Shown: positions 32,004 to 42,632 of the stretch, one piece after another | How the letters are laid out: the number at the start of each line of letters is the position of its first letter | Numbering within the stretch: position 1 is the stretch's first letter | Assembly: GCA_030867685.1 (NCBI GenBank) | Contig: JAQOWU010000003.1 | Span: 372,001 to 436,000, forward strand | DNA length: 64,000 nucleotides | Direction: 5' to 3' | Source: Wickerhamiella versatilis | Lineage: Eukaryota | Notes under the pieces: model-generated | Database searches by the model: none | What the model was told of the DNA's origin: nothing | Seen by the model: only the letters and a program-made list of their open reading frames with translations | Made by a program: the position numbers and the translations under genes

Positions 32004-32626
32004 TTGACAGGTCTGAGGCAGGCAGGCAGGCAGGTAAAAACTCACATAGTCACTCAAGGTTATAAGCCTTTTCTGATATTGTGGCGTACCCCTATCTGCA
32101 CTAAGAGAGCCAGCCCGATCAATCAAGTTACTTAGACGCGTGGTTCATGTATGTGCATTACTATTTTAAGCCAGATTAGATGCTACTCTTGCCTGTTGCC
32201 TCGTGATAACTTCGATAATTGCTGCCATTGCAAGGACTATAATTATTACCGGGACGCATTGAACAGAATACTGAAGAGTTGTCTTACCTACAGCAGAAAA
32301 CGGCTAGACCAATCCAGGCCGGGTCGGACCGGACCGAATAAGGTTTATTCTCATGTATTACGTCAATCACTTCGACGCGTCGTGGTTATGCGATGACTAA
32401 GTGCAGACAGCTTAACGCGCTACGCTAAAAATGTGTAACAACACCGAGAGGTGGCGGTTTACTATTTTTGTTCTTTAAGCATGGGCATGTAATGGAACGA
32501 ACATATTTATGATGTAATAGAGACGTGCTATTTTTTTAAACTGAGGTCCCAAGTATAGAAGGATCTACGATCCACCTGTTTTAAAATAGTGTATTACAAA
32601 TTTGTTCTCCGTCTCGCATCTTTTGA

Positions 32627-34147
32627 ATGCGGCACACCTTTGCTCGAGCAAGGCTGGCTTCAGTCCTCGCGCTCTGTCTCGTCATTTTCTTGAGTTCTAG
32701 ACTCCTCAAGTCTGATGGAATCGATAGTTCGCAGCTCAAGCCTGCCCTGAGTCGCGTTCTGACTACATCGTCTCAGGAGACCGCGAACGACCCATTCCGG
32801 TATGAAATCTCAGCGACAGGGCCTCGTGATCCCTATGCGTACAAGGTTATGTACGGTATCAAAACAGGAGCAAATTACCTGTGGGAGCAATTGCCAGTGC
32901 ACATGTCGACCACATATCTACGATGGCCCCACCACATGGCATACGCCGAAGTTTCTACAAGTGTAGGCACTGAACCAGTGGTTAATGTATTTGAAAGGGT
33001 CCCAGAACATGTTTTAAATGACTCAAGCCTAGCAGGCTATCTCGCATTGCAAACCAGCATTGAGGAATATTATAATTGGAATTACGATGATGTCGCGGAC
33101 TACGATGGCTGGGAAATTGCAAGATTGAAAGAGTTGCCAATGTTAGCCCACATGTGGGAAACGGCGCCAAAGGATATCGAGTGGTTTGTATTTGCCGATG
33201 GCGATACCTATTTCATGCAGGAGGGGCTGATTGACCACTTAAAGCAGTACGACCCCAATGAGCCGCGTATTCTTGGTAGCCCAGCATTCCTTCCCATAAA
33301 ATCAGGGACTAACCAATACAACATAGTGTTCCCTCATGGCGGGAGTGGTACCGCCGTCAGTCGCGGTGCAGTCGCAAAGCTTTTTGCTGAGGGCACACAA
33401 CCCGTGATTGATAAATATACCGAACTGGCGCTAAGCCACTGTTGTGGGGACGCAATATTTGCAGCAGCAATGTATGAAGTGACTAACACGACATTAACGG
33501 TTCCTTGGGGCCTGCGCCCCCATTTTCGCGATCCTTACCAAGGTGCCAATTTCGTTGATCTTGGTATAGTGGATGACGGGTGGTGCCAGCCGGTGTATTC
33601 CTGGCACCACCTGAAACCCAAGGACATACAGACGCTATGGGAGTTTGAAGGCGAATTGAACGGTCCCATCACCTACAGCCAGGTTTATCGCCACTTTTGG
33701 CTCCCCTACATGGTACCAGAGCGGAAAGGGTGGGATGCGTTCTATTCGATAACAGGTACCCCTACAGAGCGGGTGGCTAATAACAGGTGGCTATTTGATT
33801 TCTCTAAGGAATCTATTAAAAACTACAGCCATCTTAACAGCACGATTTTCAAGGAAACTCTTGTTCCTTATAGAACGAAAGAGGAATGTGCAAATACGTG
33901 CATGAATATGAGGGATTGTCTCGTCTGGCGCTGGATGCCGGGACATTGCACCACAACCAACAAGTTACTGGTGCGAGGACAAGCCATCACACCGGAGCAT
34001 TGGGACTGGAAGCAGGACATGTGGTCGGGCTGGATTGTGGACCGTATTCAGGACCGACGTAAAGGTGCGGAATGTGACCCCCTTGGTCCGAATGACCTGG
34101 GCGATGAGGGCTGGGCTTGGCGACACGATACCCACTCTATCAAGTGA
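32627..34147 (+). CDS. Fringe-like GT31 glycosyltransferase
   Basis: N-terminal TM, KTGA, WFVFADGDTY, PHGGSG, CCGD, W..PV.SWHH and a C-terminal Cys-rich PAN/apple-like segment. Confidence 0.88.
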   Translation: MRHTFARARLASVLALCLVIFLSSRLLKSDGIDSSQLKPALSRVLTTSSQETANDPFRYEISATGPRDPYAYKVMYGIKTGANYLWEQLPVHMSTTYLRWPHHMAYAEVSTSVGTEPVVNVFERVPEHVLNDSSLAGYLALQTSIEEYYNWNYDDVADYDGWEIARLKELPMLAHMWETAPKDIEWFVFADGDTYFMQEGLIDHLKQYDPNEPRILGSPAFLPIKSGTNQYNIVFPHGGSGTAVSRGAVAKLFAEGTQPVIDKYTELALSHCCGDAIFAAAMYEVTNTTLTVPWGLRPHFRDPYQGANFVDLGIVDDGWCQPVYSWHHLKPKDIQTLWEFEGELNGPITYSQVYRHFWLPYMVPERKGWDAFYSITGTPTERVANNRWLFDFSKESIKNYSHLNSTIFKETLVPYRTKEECANTCMNMRDCLVWRWMPGHCTTTNKLLVRGQAITPEHWDWKQDMWSGWIVDRIQDRRKGAECDPLGPNDLGDEGWAWRHDTHSIK

Positions 34148-34597
34148 GAACTTTTGTAACCTTGCACGAAATATTATATATAGAATTTATTTGCATCTGT
34201 CTTATAATCCTCTAAATTTGACTTATAAGCTCCTTAATCATTAAATATCATGACCAGTTTAGATCTCATGTTACCAAAAACTCTATTTTTGCTTTGCTGC
34301 TCGGAAGCCCATTCATGAACAAACTTCAAGCTAAAAAGTAAGGAATGATCAACTAGACTTTTACCTCTACATAAAACTTGAGATGGTGATGCCCCTACCC
34401 TAGTTGAAGCCACATTTCTAAATATACACCCAGTTACGGAGAAGCATTATAGACGTCAATCGACGCGTAGGAAGTGTAAGAAAGACTAAACAAAGGTTGG
34501 ATGATAGCCTGAATGATAAATATTACCTCTTTTCCCCTTTGAAGGAGAAAATTATGGGGTGCCACGACTCCAAAAAAAATATCAGGGTTGAGCCTGG

Positions 34598-35011
34598 TTA
34601 GGCCGCTGTAGTCGAGGAGACAGCTCCTATCCAATTCTCAGTATGGGCTAGAACGCCTGTTGGTGCACCACTGGGCGCCTGGGTAATCAAGGACGACGGA
34701 GGCTGGGTCGGGTTCGCGATGGGATAGCTCTTGGTATAACCAACGGAGCCGGAGATCCAGCCCAGACCTATTTTCCCCGACGCAGGAGTAGCCGTCTGCG
34801 TCCAAAAGGTTGAAAATGGTTGATAAAATGGACTTTGGAAATGTGTTTCCTTTCCCTCGATAGTCTTCGTGACCCAGACCATAGGGGCTTGGTTGACAGT
34901 TAAGCTGCTAGTGGCGCCACTGCCAGATGCATCAGTGCTCGTGCCAGATCCAGTGGTGGATTTAGCAGCCCCCACTGCGGCAATCACGGTCAATAAAGTG
35001 TGGCCGAGCAT
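34598..35011 (-). CDS. KRE1: Small secreted Kre1-domain cell-wall protein
   Basis: Signal peptide, S/T-rich linker and VWVT.TI.G.....Q..FYQ.FS.......P.SG.IGLG.I.G.VG Kre1 signature. Confidence 0.72.
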   Translation of the reverse strand: MLGHTLLTVIAAVGAAKSTTGSGTSTDASGSGATSSLTVNQAPMVWVTKTIEGKETHFQSPFYQPFSTFWTQTATPASGKIGLGWISGSVGYTKSYPIANPTQPPSSLITQAPSGAPTGVLAHTENWIGAVSSTTAA

Positions 35012-35321
35012 GAGAAAAAAGAGGAACGAGTGGGTAATTGGGAATATTTATTACTAAGGAATCGTGACACATTCACATACCACCTGCTAATGCTACCGCC
35101 ACGCTAAGGCTTGGATTTGTAAGGGATGCGTCATGGATTTAGGATGGAGTCAACTAGGATGTGGTGGTACAATTGTGTCTATTCATTATGGGTTCTTTTC
35201 CTGCCTTTAAGCGCCTCATATGAGCTATCTTGCATTGTGCCGTAAACGTTCAGGGTACTTCACCCTTATAGAAAGAAAAAGATAGTTAAGTAAGTTAGCT
35301 TTAGATTGCCGTAAATACCAT

Positions 35322-35966
35322 CTAGGACAGATTAGGCTTCATGTCGGGATCACCCTTCTTCATTGCTCTTTGATAGGCTGGACGCGCACCTACTCGTTGC
35401 AGGTATGCTGCAATATTGGGAAACGCCTTCAAGTCCTTAGGAACGAAAGCCCGCATAGTGGTCAGTATGAAGAAGATCATAATGTCGGCCGCAGTCAATT
35501 CTGGGCCACCGAGATATGGCGAGACACCAAGTCGCTCTTCCAAGAGCTTATATCCCAGTTCCTGGCGCGTGCTAACTACATTACCCGCAAAGCCCTGGCT
35601 AGCGCCCTCGACTCTTGACAGGAACATCTCGACCATCTCCATAGCCATTATCGAAGAATTCGAATAATGGAACCAGAACAAATAATTCGGGTATTCTGGA
35701 GAATCAGGCTTTACTGCCAGACGGCCATTACCATGCCGGTGAATGATGTATTCAATACACGCACCTGATTCTGCCAACACCACATCGCCATCCTTGATGA
35801 CTGGCGCTGTTCCCGTTGGCGAGATTTCCTTATATGCCGGTGGGGCCATTTTGTTGTCCGCCCTTCGATCGAACCTTACAAGCTCATAAGGGATTTCCAG
35901 CTCTTCACAGAGCCAGACAATACGTTCGGACTGAGAAACGCCCAAGTGGTAAACCGTGAGAGTCAT
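35322..35966 (-). CDS. Glutathione S-transferase (GTT1-like/proteobacterial type)
   Basis: LTVYHL..SQSERIVWLCEEL, APV..DG...LAESGA, YL.G.ELTAADIM and AYLQRVGARPAYQRAM.KGDP. ATG at 35966. Confidence 0.92.
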   Translation of the reverse strand: MTLTVYHLGVSQSERIVWLCEELEIPYELVRFDRRADNKMAPPAYKEISPTGTAPVIKDGDVVLAESGACIEYIIHRHGNGRLAVKPDSPEYPNYLFWFHYSNSSIMAMEMVEMFLSRVEGASQGFAGNVVSTRQELGYKLLEERLGVSPYLGGPELTAADIMIFFILTTMRAFVPKDLKAFPNIAAYLQRVGARPAYQRAMKKGDPDMKPNLS

Positions 35967-36356
35967 ACTATGTAGAGGAGTTCCTAATGTCAATTTATGT
36001 TATTCATGGAGCAATCAATTACACATCTCTTAGTCATAGAGCGGGGTCTAGACTCTAGACTCCTCTTATCATAATATACGAGAGCTACGAAAGTCAATCT
36101 ATGAAGTCCACACTCTGAAATTCTTTGGTAATTTGGGCAGTCTTAGTCGAGGTGATTGAAGTACGTTCAGATGCTCAATTGATATCGCTTTATGCCAATC
36201 TAAGAGGACAGGGAGCCCGCCTGCACTGGTTGGGACCAAAATAAAAACGAAAGTAGAGCTTCTCCCGGAAAAGTAGTATCCGTCACCCGCTCATGGTTGC
36301 TTATACAGGTTCTCGTTTCCGGTGAATAATCCTTGTTCGCTCAACCATACTACACG

Positions 36357-36818
36357 ATGACTACTCGGCGGGGCGACGACGTTCGACTGCGCGAATCGCG
36401 GCCAGATGACTATGATAAAATTATGGATGTATGGAGGAGCTCTGTGGATGCAACCCATAGTTTTCTGAAGCCGGAGGACCGGCAATCGATCGAGAGAGAG
36501 GTCTCACAGTTTTTGTCAACGTCCAAAATGACCTTGGCAACCGACCGTGAGACAGACATTCCCCTAGCTTTAATGCTAATCCAAGACGGTCATTTAGAAG
36601 CCCTTTTTGTTGCTGCTGGCCAAAGGGGTCGCGGCATAGGTAAGATGTTGATCGAACATGCGTTAATGAGGGGCACTGCACATACCACCGACGTCAACGA
36701 GCAAAACACGGATGCTACGGGATTCTATAAGAATCTTGGCTATTCGGTTATTGGACGATCGGCTGTAGACTCAAGTGGAAGGCCATATCCTCTTTTACAT
36801 CTTCGGATAAATCCGTGA
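36357..36818 (+). CDS. GNAT acetyltransferase (YjaB-like), bacterial type
   Basis: W..SVDATH.FL, LEALFV....RGRGIG (acetyl-CoA motif A), DVNEQN..A.GFY and GRS..D..GRPYPLLHL. ATG at 36357. Confidence 0.9.
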   Translation: MTTRRGDDVRLRESRPDDYDKIMDVWRSSVDATHSFLKPEDRQSIEREVSQFLSTSKMTLATDRETDIPLALMLIQDGHLEALFVAAGQRGRGIGKMLIEHALMRGTAHTTDVNEQNTDATGFYKNLGYSVIGRSAVDSSGRPYPLLHLRINP

Positions 36819-37062
36819 TGCTGTACTATTTATTAAATTTTGATTGATTTATTGATGCTTTTTTCTAATCTCACAAACATCTCTTGCAGCCCATATGCAT
36901 ATGACGATCTAATCGTGCTTACTAGAAACCCGGTATCTATCTGAAATAAGTCGGACACAGCCGAAGGAATATGACAAATCCATAGATGGACCTTTTCTCC
37001 ACCTAAATTTGACCCGGCCAGTTGTGATATTTTGTAGGTCTGAGCAAAAAGATTCGCCTCAA

Positions 37063-38688
37063 ATGTCTAGTGCTATAGAGCCTATGCTTAACGAACGCTC
37101 TGTTGTCCAGCAGATGTCGGATCAAGAACTACTGGCGAACATGGGTTACAAGCAAGAATTAAAGCGAAGTTTTAGCTTCATTTCAATGCTGGGATTCGCC
37201 TTCTCTATGCTAACCTGTTGGACATCGGTAACGGGCCCTTTAGCTCAGATACTAATCGACGGTGGGCCTGTTACCATGGTGTTTGGCTTTATTGGCGTTT
37301 CGGTGTTCACCCTCTTCGTCGTGATATCGATGGGAGAATTGGCATCGGCTTTTCCTGTCTCAGGCGGTCAGTACTCGTGGGTTCTCATGCTGTCACCTGC
37401 CAATGAGCGACACACTGGTAACAAAACCCCCCTACTTCGCGGTGTCTCGTTTATATGTGGGTGGGTCCAACTGGCTGGTATAGTCTGCATGGGGTCATGT
37501 GGGCTCTACCAAACTGGTTTGACCATAGCTGCCATGATCCAAGTGGGTGATTCATCCTTTGAGCCGCAGAACTGGCAGGTGGCCTTGTTGTGTTACGCAC
37601 CAGCCGTGCTTGTGCTATTGATAAATGTTTTCCTCGGTGATTATTTGCACTACATTGGCTACTTTGCACTTTTTTGGAACATTGCGTCGTTCATAATTTG
37701 CCTTGTCTCAATGGTTGCCTGTGCCAAAACCTACCAACCTGCTGAGTTTACATTTACGCACAGTCTCAATGAAGGGGGCTGGAATAACATGGGGATGGCC
37801 GTTATTATTGGATTGATGCAGTGCGCATATGGTATGATAACGTATGATTCTCCCTCCCACATTTCGGAAGAGATGATGCACGCATCGCGCGACGTTCCCA
37901 GAGTAATGGTCGCAGCGGTTATCATTGGAGCATTCACCGGCACAGCTTTTATTATTGCGCTGTTTTTTGTCGTCCAAGATGTCGATCGACTCAGCCAATC
38001 AGTTTACCCGCTTGTGGAAGTTCTTTATCAAGCTACTAACCGGTCGGGAGGACTAGGACTGGGATTTCTTACGCTAATATGCCAGTTCAACGCGGCTAAC
38101 TCGCTTCTCACCGAAGGTTCAAGAAGTATATATGCCTTTGCCCGCGATGGAGCTCTTCCATGGAAACTTAATGGTATTTTCATGTCGGTAACCCCCAAAC
38201 TTGGTGTTCCAGTTCCTGCCCTTCTACTCTGTATGTTCTTTGAATGTGCATTCATTGCAATCCTTTTTGGATCATCTGTGGCTTTCAACACTGTGGTCTC
38301 GACAACATCTCTTGGACTATATTGCTCCTATTTGATTCCGATAGCTGCGTATTTTTTGTGCGGGCCTGAAAGCAAGCCCGCTGGCTTCTATAACCTTGGA
38401 AGGGCCACCAGACTAGTATCCCATGTGCTCTCCATTTTATTTTTGACTTTTTGCGTTATTTTCTTCTACTTCCCGTCGACTTTACCTGTGTCAGGCTCTA
38501 ACATGAATTATACCATCGTGGCTACCGGTATTGTTGCATTTTTTGGGATTATTTCTTGGCTAGGTGGTGCACGACACACTTATGTCCGTAGCATCAAATT
38601 GCCTTCGTTGGAAGGCACCGAAGCATTTGTCAATGAGACAGATGCTGGGGACAAAGTTAAGAATCAAAATCAAAATCAAAATCCGTAA
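37063..38688 (+). CDS. APC-superfamily amine/amino-acid permease (GABA/choline/polyamine ACT family)
   Basis: L..MGYKQELKRSFS, GGP, ELASAFP.SGGQY.W, YD...HISEE, SR..YAFARDG.LP and P.TLPV...NMNY. ATG at 37063. Confidence 0.92.
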   Translation: MSSAIEPMLNERSVVQQMSDQELLANMGYKQELKRSFSFISMLGFAFSMLTCWTSVTGPLAQILIDGGPVTMVFGFIGVSVFTLFVVISMGELASAFPVSGGQYSWVLMLSPANERHTGNKTPLLRGVSFICGWVQLAGIVCMGSCGLYQTGLTIAAMIQVGDSSFEPQNWQVALLCYAPAVLVLLINVFLGDYLHYIGYFALFWNIASFIICLVSMVACAKTYQPAEFTFTHSLNEGGWNNMGMAVIIGLMQCAYGMITYDSPSHISEEMMHASRDVPRVMVAAVIIGAFTGTAFIIALFFVVQDVDRLSQSVYPLVEVLYQATNRSGGLGLGFLTLICQFNAANSLLTEGSRSIYAFARDGALPWKLNGIFMSVTPKLGVPVPALLLCMFFECAFIAILFGSSVAFNTVVSTTSLGLYCSYLIPIAAYFLCGPESKPAGFYNLGRATRLVSHVLSILFLTFCVIFFYFPSTLPVSGSNMNYTIVATGIVAFFGIISWLGGARHTYVRSIKLPSLEGTEAFVNETDAGDKVKNQNQNQNP

Positions 38689-38967
38689 GTTACGGTCAGC
38701 TAATTATTTATTACTGTTCAAATTTCTAAGTACATAATTCTTCCTATAGCTATTTACTTCATGGTATTCCAACTAGTGAAAAGTTAGTAAGTCAAACAAC
38801 GGCTCCTTGTAGAGAACCCTAGCCACGTAACGTAATCAATGTAGCTGATAACAAACTAGAAAGGGAAACCGTCTCCGCTATAAATTTAAGTCACTCCGAG
38901 CCACCTAACCACCTACCCCCCGGAGCTCTCAGTCCTCGCTTAGTCGTCGTGTTACTGTTTCCTTTGC

Positions 38968-40089
38968 ATGTTTCTTTTCAAGACTTTGTTGGTGCTTGGT
39001 ATATCGCTTGCCACGGCAGCTAGAGCAAGCGATGAAGAACTTCAAAAGCGATGGGGACAAGACTGGCCTTTTAGCGGGATCAGTACATTTGCACATCTTC
39101 CAAGCCAGAAGTGTCTTACCAACAGCAGTGCCACTTTTGATGTGGGAATTATCGGCGTGCCGTTCGATACAGCGGTCTCTTATCGTCCGGGCGCACGGTT
39201 TGGTCCTCGTGCTATACGGGCTGCCTCGATGAGACAAAGCGACTTACGAGGATTCAATGCTAGGGCTGGATTTAATCCTTACCAAAATTGGGCAACGCTA
39301 TTAGACTGTGCCGATATACCTGTCACGCCTGTAGATAACAAACTAGCACTCATTCAAATGACGGAAGGGTTTAAGGAGTTGCTGAGCCGGCCAGTGGCAG
39401 CTCCAGAAAAAGGGAGCACACCAAGACTTGTTTCTCTTGGTGGTGACCATTCTGTCGTGCTTCCACATTTGCGTGCTTTATATGAGATTTACGGACCTAT
39501 TTCTGTTATTCACTTTGATGCTCACCTGGACACCTGGGTTCCTACATCTTATCCTAGTAGCTGGTCCGACGTAGCAGATCCGGGTTCTGGGGAGTTCACT
39601 CATGGCTCCATGTTTTGGATGGCACACACTGAGGGGCTTCTTAGTGATACTTGCATTCACGCCGGGCTTCGCACCCGCCTGTCTGGAACGGATTTCAGAG
39701 ACTACGAGGATGATAGCAAGCAGGGATTTGCTCGCATATCGTGTGATGATATTGATACAATGGGTGTAGATGGGATCGCTTCTAAAGTTTTAGATCGTAT
39801 TCCAGAAGGTGCTCCAGTATATATAAGTGTGGATATTGATGTCATCGATCCATCTGCGGCGCCCGGAACGGGCACGCCAGAAGCTGGTGGGTGGACTTCC
39901 CGAGAACTTATAGGACTACTTCGCCGTGTGGAGTCCTTGAATGTTGTCGGTGCTGATGTAGTAGAGGTGAGCCCTGGTTACGACCACGCAGAAATAACGG
40001 CTCTCGCTGGTGCTCAAGTAGCATACGAACTGGTCACCAATATGGTACTGCAACGCACACAAAAGCCACTGGCGCATGATGAACTATAA
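38968..40089 (+). CDS. Ureohydrolase (agmatinase/guanidinobutyrase-like), signal peptide and C-terminal HDEL
   Basis: Same Mn-binding motifs as 30849. Hydrophobic N-terminus; ends in AHDEL. Confidence 0.94.
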   Translation: MFLFKTLLVLGISLATAARASDEELQKRWGQDWPFSGISTFAHLPSQKCLTNSSATFDVGIIGVPFDTAVSYRPGARFGPRAIRAASMRQSDLRGFNARAGFNPYQNWATLLDCADIPVTPVDNKLALIQMTEGFKELLSRPVAAPEKGSTPRLVSLGGDHSVVLPHLRALYEIYGPISVIHFDAHLDTWVPTSYPSSWSDVADPGSGEFTHGSMFWMAHTEGLLSDTCIHAGLRTRLSGTDFRDYEDDSKQGFARISCDDIDTMGVDGIASKVLDRIPEGAPVYISVDIDVIDPSAAPGTGTPEAGGWTSRELIGLLRRVESLNVVGADVVEVSPGYDHAEITALAGAQVAYELVTNMVLQRTQKPLAHDEL

Positions 40090-40161
40090 TATGTAAGGTG
40101 AAATTTAAAAACCAAAAGAAATAAACACCCATAATTAGCCTATTCAAGTTACATTTTACGC

Positions 40162-42201
40162 TCAGTACATATCAATTATCAGTCCGCGTTCACCTGCCAC
40201 TGTCCACCACCCACAGTTTTCCCCTAAATTCCTTCTTTCGTGAACCTCCCTGATTATTTCTATTTTGTCCGCATAATCGAAAGGGCTCGAGACACTCAAG
40301 TTCTGGAACCAGGAAATGTAACGTTCTAACAGTTTTGCATCGGTTTCTAACACTTCACACGCTCCTATGAAACCTGAAAAGCATGGAGGACATATCAATG
40401 GGGCATTGTGGGTCTTAACAAGTTCGCTTATAGTTTCCAAGTGTTCAATTATCTGTTGAATCCTGGGCTGGAGAACTTTTGGATGGACATCTTTCATAAC
40501 TCTGTAATGATAAACTACGAGGGCCTCAAAAAAGGCCAGGGTATGATGATTGACTAAAGCCAAACAGATACCTTGTCTTCCTGCAACGGACTCTTCTTCT
40601 ACAGGCGCCAGAATCATAGGGGGACTATATTGCCGGTGCCAGTTTTCTAGCGCGGCCTCGAATATTGCGCATCTCTTGAAAAGTGACATTTTATATTCGT
40701 AACTTTCATTTTTCAATACATTGGCTGGGGGGCGAGAGCCACGAGATATCATAACGGCTTCTTTAAATAAGAAGGCGAGTGAGCGAGGTATTCCATAAGT
40801 AAGGTCCCATGAATCACCTCTGAGGATTTCATCATATGTACTTTTCTCCGCCTCATAATATGGCTCTTCCACTGCATACTGAAGTAGGTAGTTCTCAAAG
40901 TCATTTGGACCGCTCAACGTCTCGAGAGTTGTCTGTCGAGACACCATTCGCTGATAAATTACATCTCTGCTTGCAGCGGCAGCACTTTTTGGTGGAATCA
41001 TGTCCACAAATATAGCATCAATCCAATCATTTTTGGGTTCATTGACACCACAATTAGTCGAAGTTTTGGAAATGTTTCCGTCCGCACAAAGCGGTAGGTA
41101 TCCAGCTAGTTTATATAGTAGGATAGACATGGCAGATATTCTGTGCAGCAGCATGGCTTTATTGCTCACATTAGGCCTGAGACTAAGACGAGTCTCAATT
41201 AATTGTCTCATAGCATCGAGAACATTGTTTAACATAAATCTTCCTTGGACCTTAAAGTGTTCTGTACGCTGCAAGCTTTGAAGAGCAACCAATAGATCTT
41301 TGTACTTGCCAACATTAGAACCCTGAAGGCATTGCTTGATACTAAACTTTGCCGCATTATGGAGCTTTTGACCTAAATTGTCATAATAGCAGAATCCAGA
41401 ACTCATTGTGGCGTATCTATCACGAATGAAATAAGCCGTACTGGCAGTCACACTATATAGAACGCATGCACGGGTACAAGACGTTCTACCGACAGACAAA
41501 ACATCACCAATCGCACTGAGAGCTCGAGGCGTTTGGGATAATCGCCAGATATTTTTTGGATGAACTATAAATGACATATAGGGCATTAAGTATTCATGAT
41601 ACGCTGATAGCAAGTACTGTGTAAACAGGGCAAGATGCGGCAACGCTGGAGGCCGCTGAATAGGGTTGAAAGGCAAAGGGTTTGCCACAGCACGCTGTTC
41701 AAACAGGGAATTTTCCAGGTCCTCACCAGCCTCTTCCAGGTACTGTTGCGTCAAGGCAGATGTTGTAGCACGCACAAATTCTAACATGTGTGGTTCCTCA
41801 GTATCATTAGCTAGCCAGTAGGGGTAGCTAGGCTGCATAAAATCATCCGGCATGGCAACTTTTGTTGAACTAACTTGGTTCGGATATATTCCATCAGCAC
41901 GAAACACGCCAAAAGGTCCCTCAATTAATGTATCGCTACTGGGAGCACCATGATTTATCCTACCTAATGCATCATCGAGCTCATCATAGGTATCATAACT
42001 CATTGAGTTTGGAAACGCCATGAAACCCATATTCCGTCTAGTCTCGGTAGCACCTGCACCTTCCCACGTTAGACGAATTCCATATCCCTCACACTCAATC
42101 CCACTACGCAAGCACTGGAGACAGGATGGCCTTGCTAGATCACATTTAAGTTTACGTCTGCGACATGTCCAGCATCCCGCAAAAGTTTTGGTTCTCGCCA
42201 T
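40162..42201 (-). CDS. Zn(II)2Cys6 transcription factor, ARG81/ArgRII-like
   Basis: KTFAGCWTCRRRKLKCDL.RP.C..C......C.GY.I.L.W followed by RRN...Y.TY.E.D..L...GPFGVF, the Arg81-type N-terminus. Confidence 0.88.
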   Translation of the reverse strand: MARTKTFAGCWTCRRRKLKCDLARPSCLQCLRSGIECEGYGIRLTWEGAGATETRRNMGFMAFPNSMSYDTYDELDDALGRINHGAPSSDTLIEGPFGVFRADGIYPNQVSSTKVAMPDDFMQPSYPYWLANDTEEPHMLEFVRATTSALTQQYLEEAGEDLENSLFEQRAVANPLPFNPIQRPPALPHLALFTQYLLSAYHEYLMPYMSFIVHPKNIWRLSQTPRALSAIGDVLSVGRTSCTRACVLYSVTASTAYFIRDRYATMSSGFCYYDNLGQKLHNAAKFSIKQCLQGSNVGKYKDLLVALQSLQRTEHFKVQGRFMLNNVLDAMRQLIETRLSLRPNVSNKAMLLHRISAMSILLYKLAGYLPLCADGNISKTSTNCGVNEPKNDWIDAIFVDMIPPKSAAAASRDVIYQRMVSRQTTLETLSGPNDFENYLLQYAVEEPYYEAEKSTYDEILRGDSWDLTYGIPRSLAFLFKEAVMISRGSRPPANVLKNESYEYKMSLFKRCAIFEAALENWHRQYSPPMILAPVEEESVAGRQGICLALVNHHTLAFFEALVVYHYRVMKDVHPKVLQPRIQQIIEHLETISELVKTHNAPLICPPCFSGFIGACEVLETDAKLLERYISWFQNLSVSSPFDYADKIEIIREVHERRNLGENCGWWTVAGERGLIIDMY

Positions 42202-42632
42202 TCTAAGGTCATGTAAAAAGCATGGCCAGTATTAGTAACCTCATAACTTCATATAGGAGGAAGCTGAACGCTTCTTTATCTACTTTTAAAGTAAAATTAT
42301 GTTACTTAAGGATACATATTATCCTTTTATTTTATTTATTGTGTTCAGAGTAGCCTGACATATGCATTCTGTCTAAGCAGCTTGACATATGAGCTGTAAT
42401 CGACAACCCGGGACGATTTTTAAACAATATATAGGTAGCTTCTTTAATAACTGTCAATTTCTTACCACCAGCTAGAGACATTCTAGCCCCAGGAGTCTCT
42501 TAAACCATAAGACAATGTAAACTATTGACGAAAAAGAAAAAAACATTGATTTTCGGTCGCCTAAGACGAATAATAGCAGATAAATTCCTGGTTAAACCAG
42601 ATAGTAGTGATGTATTGGAAACCATTTAGGTG

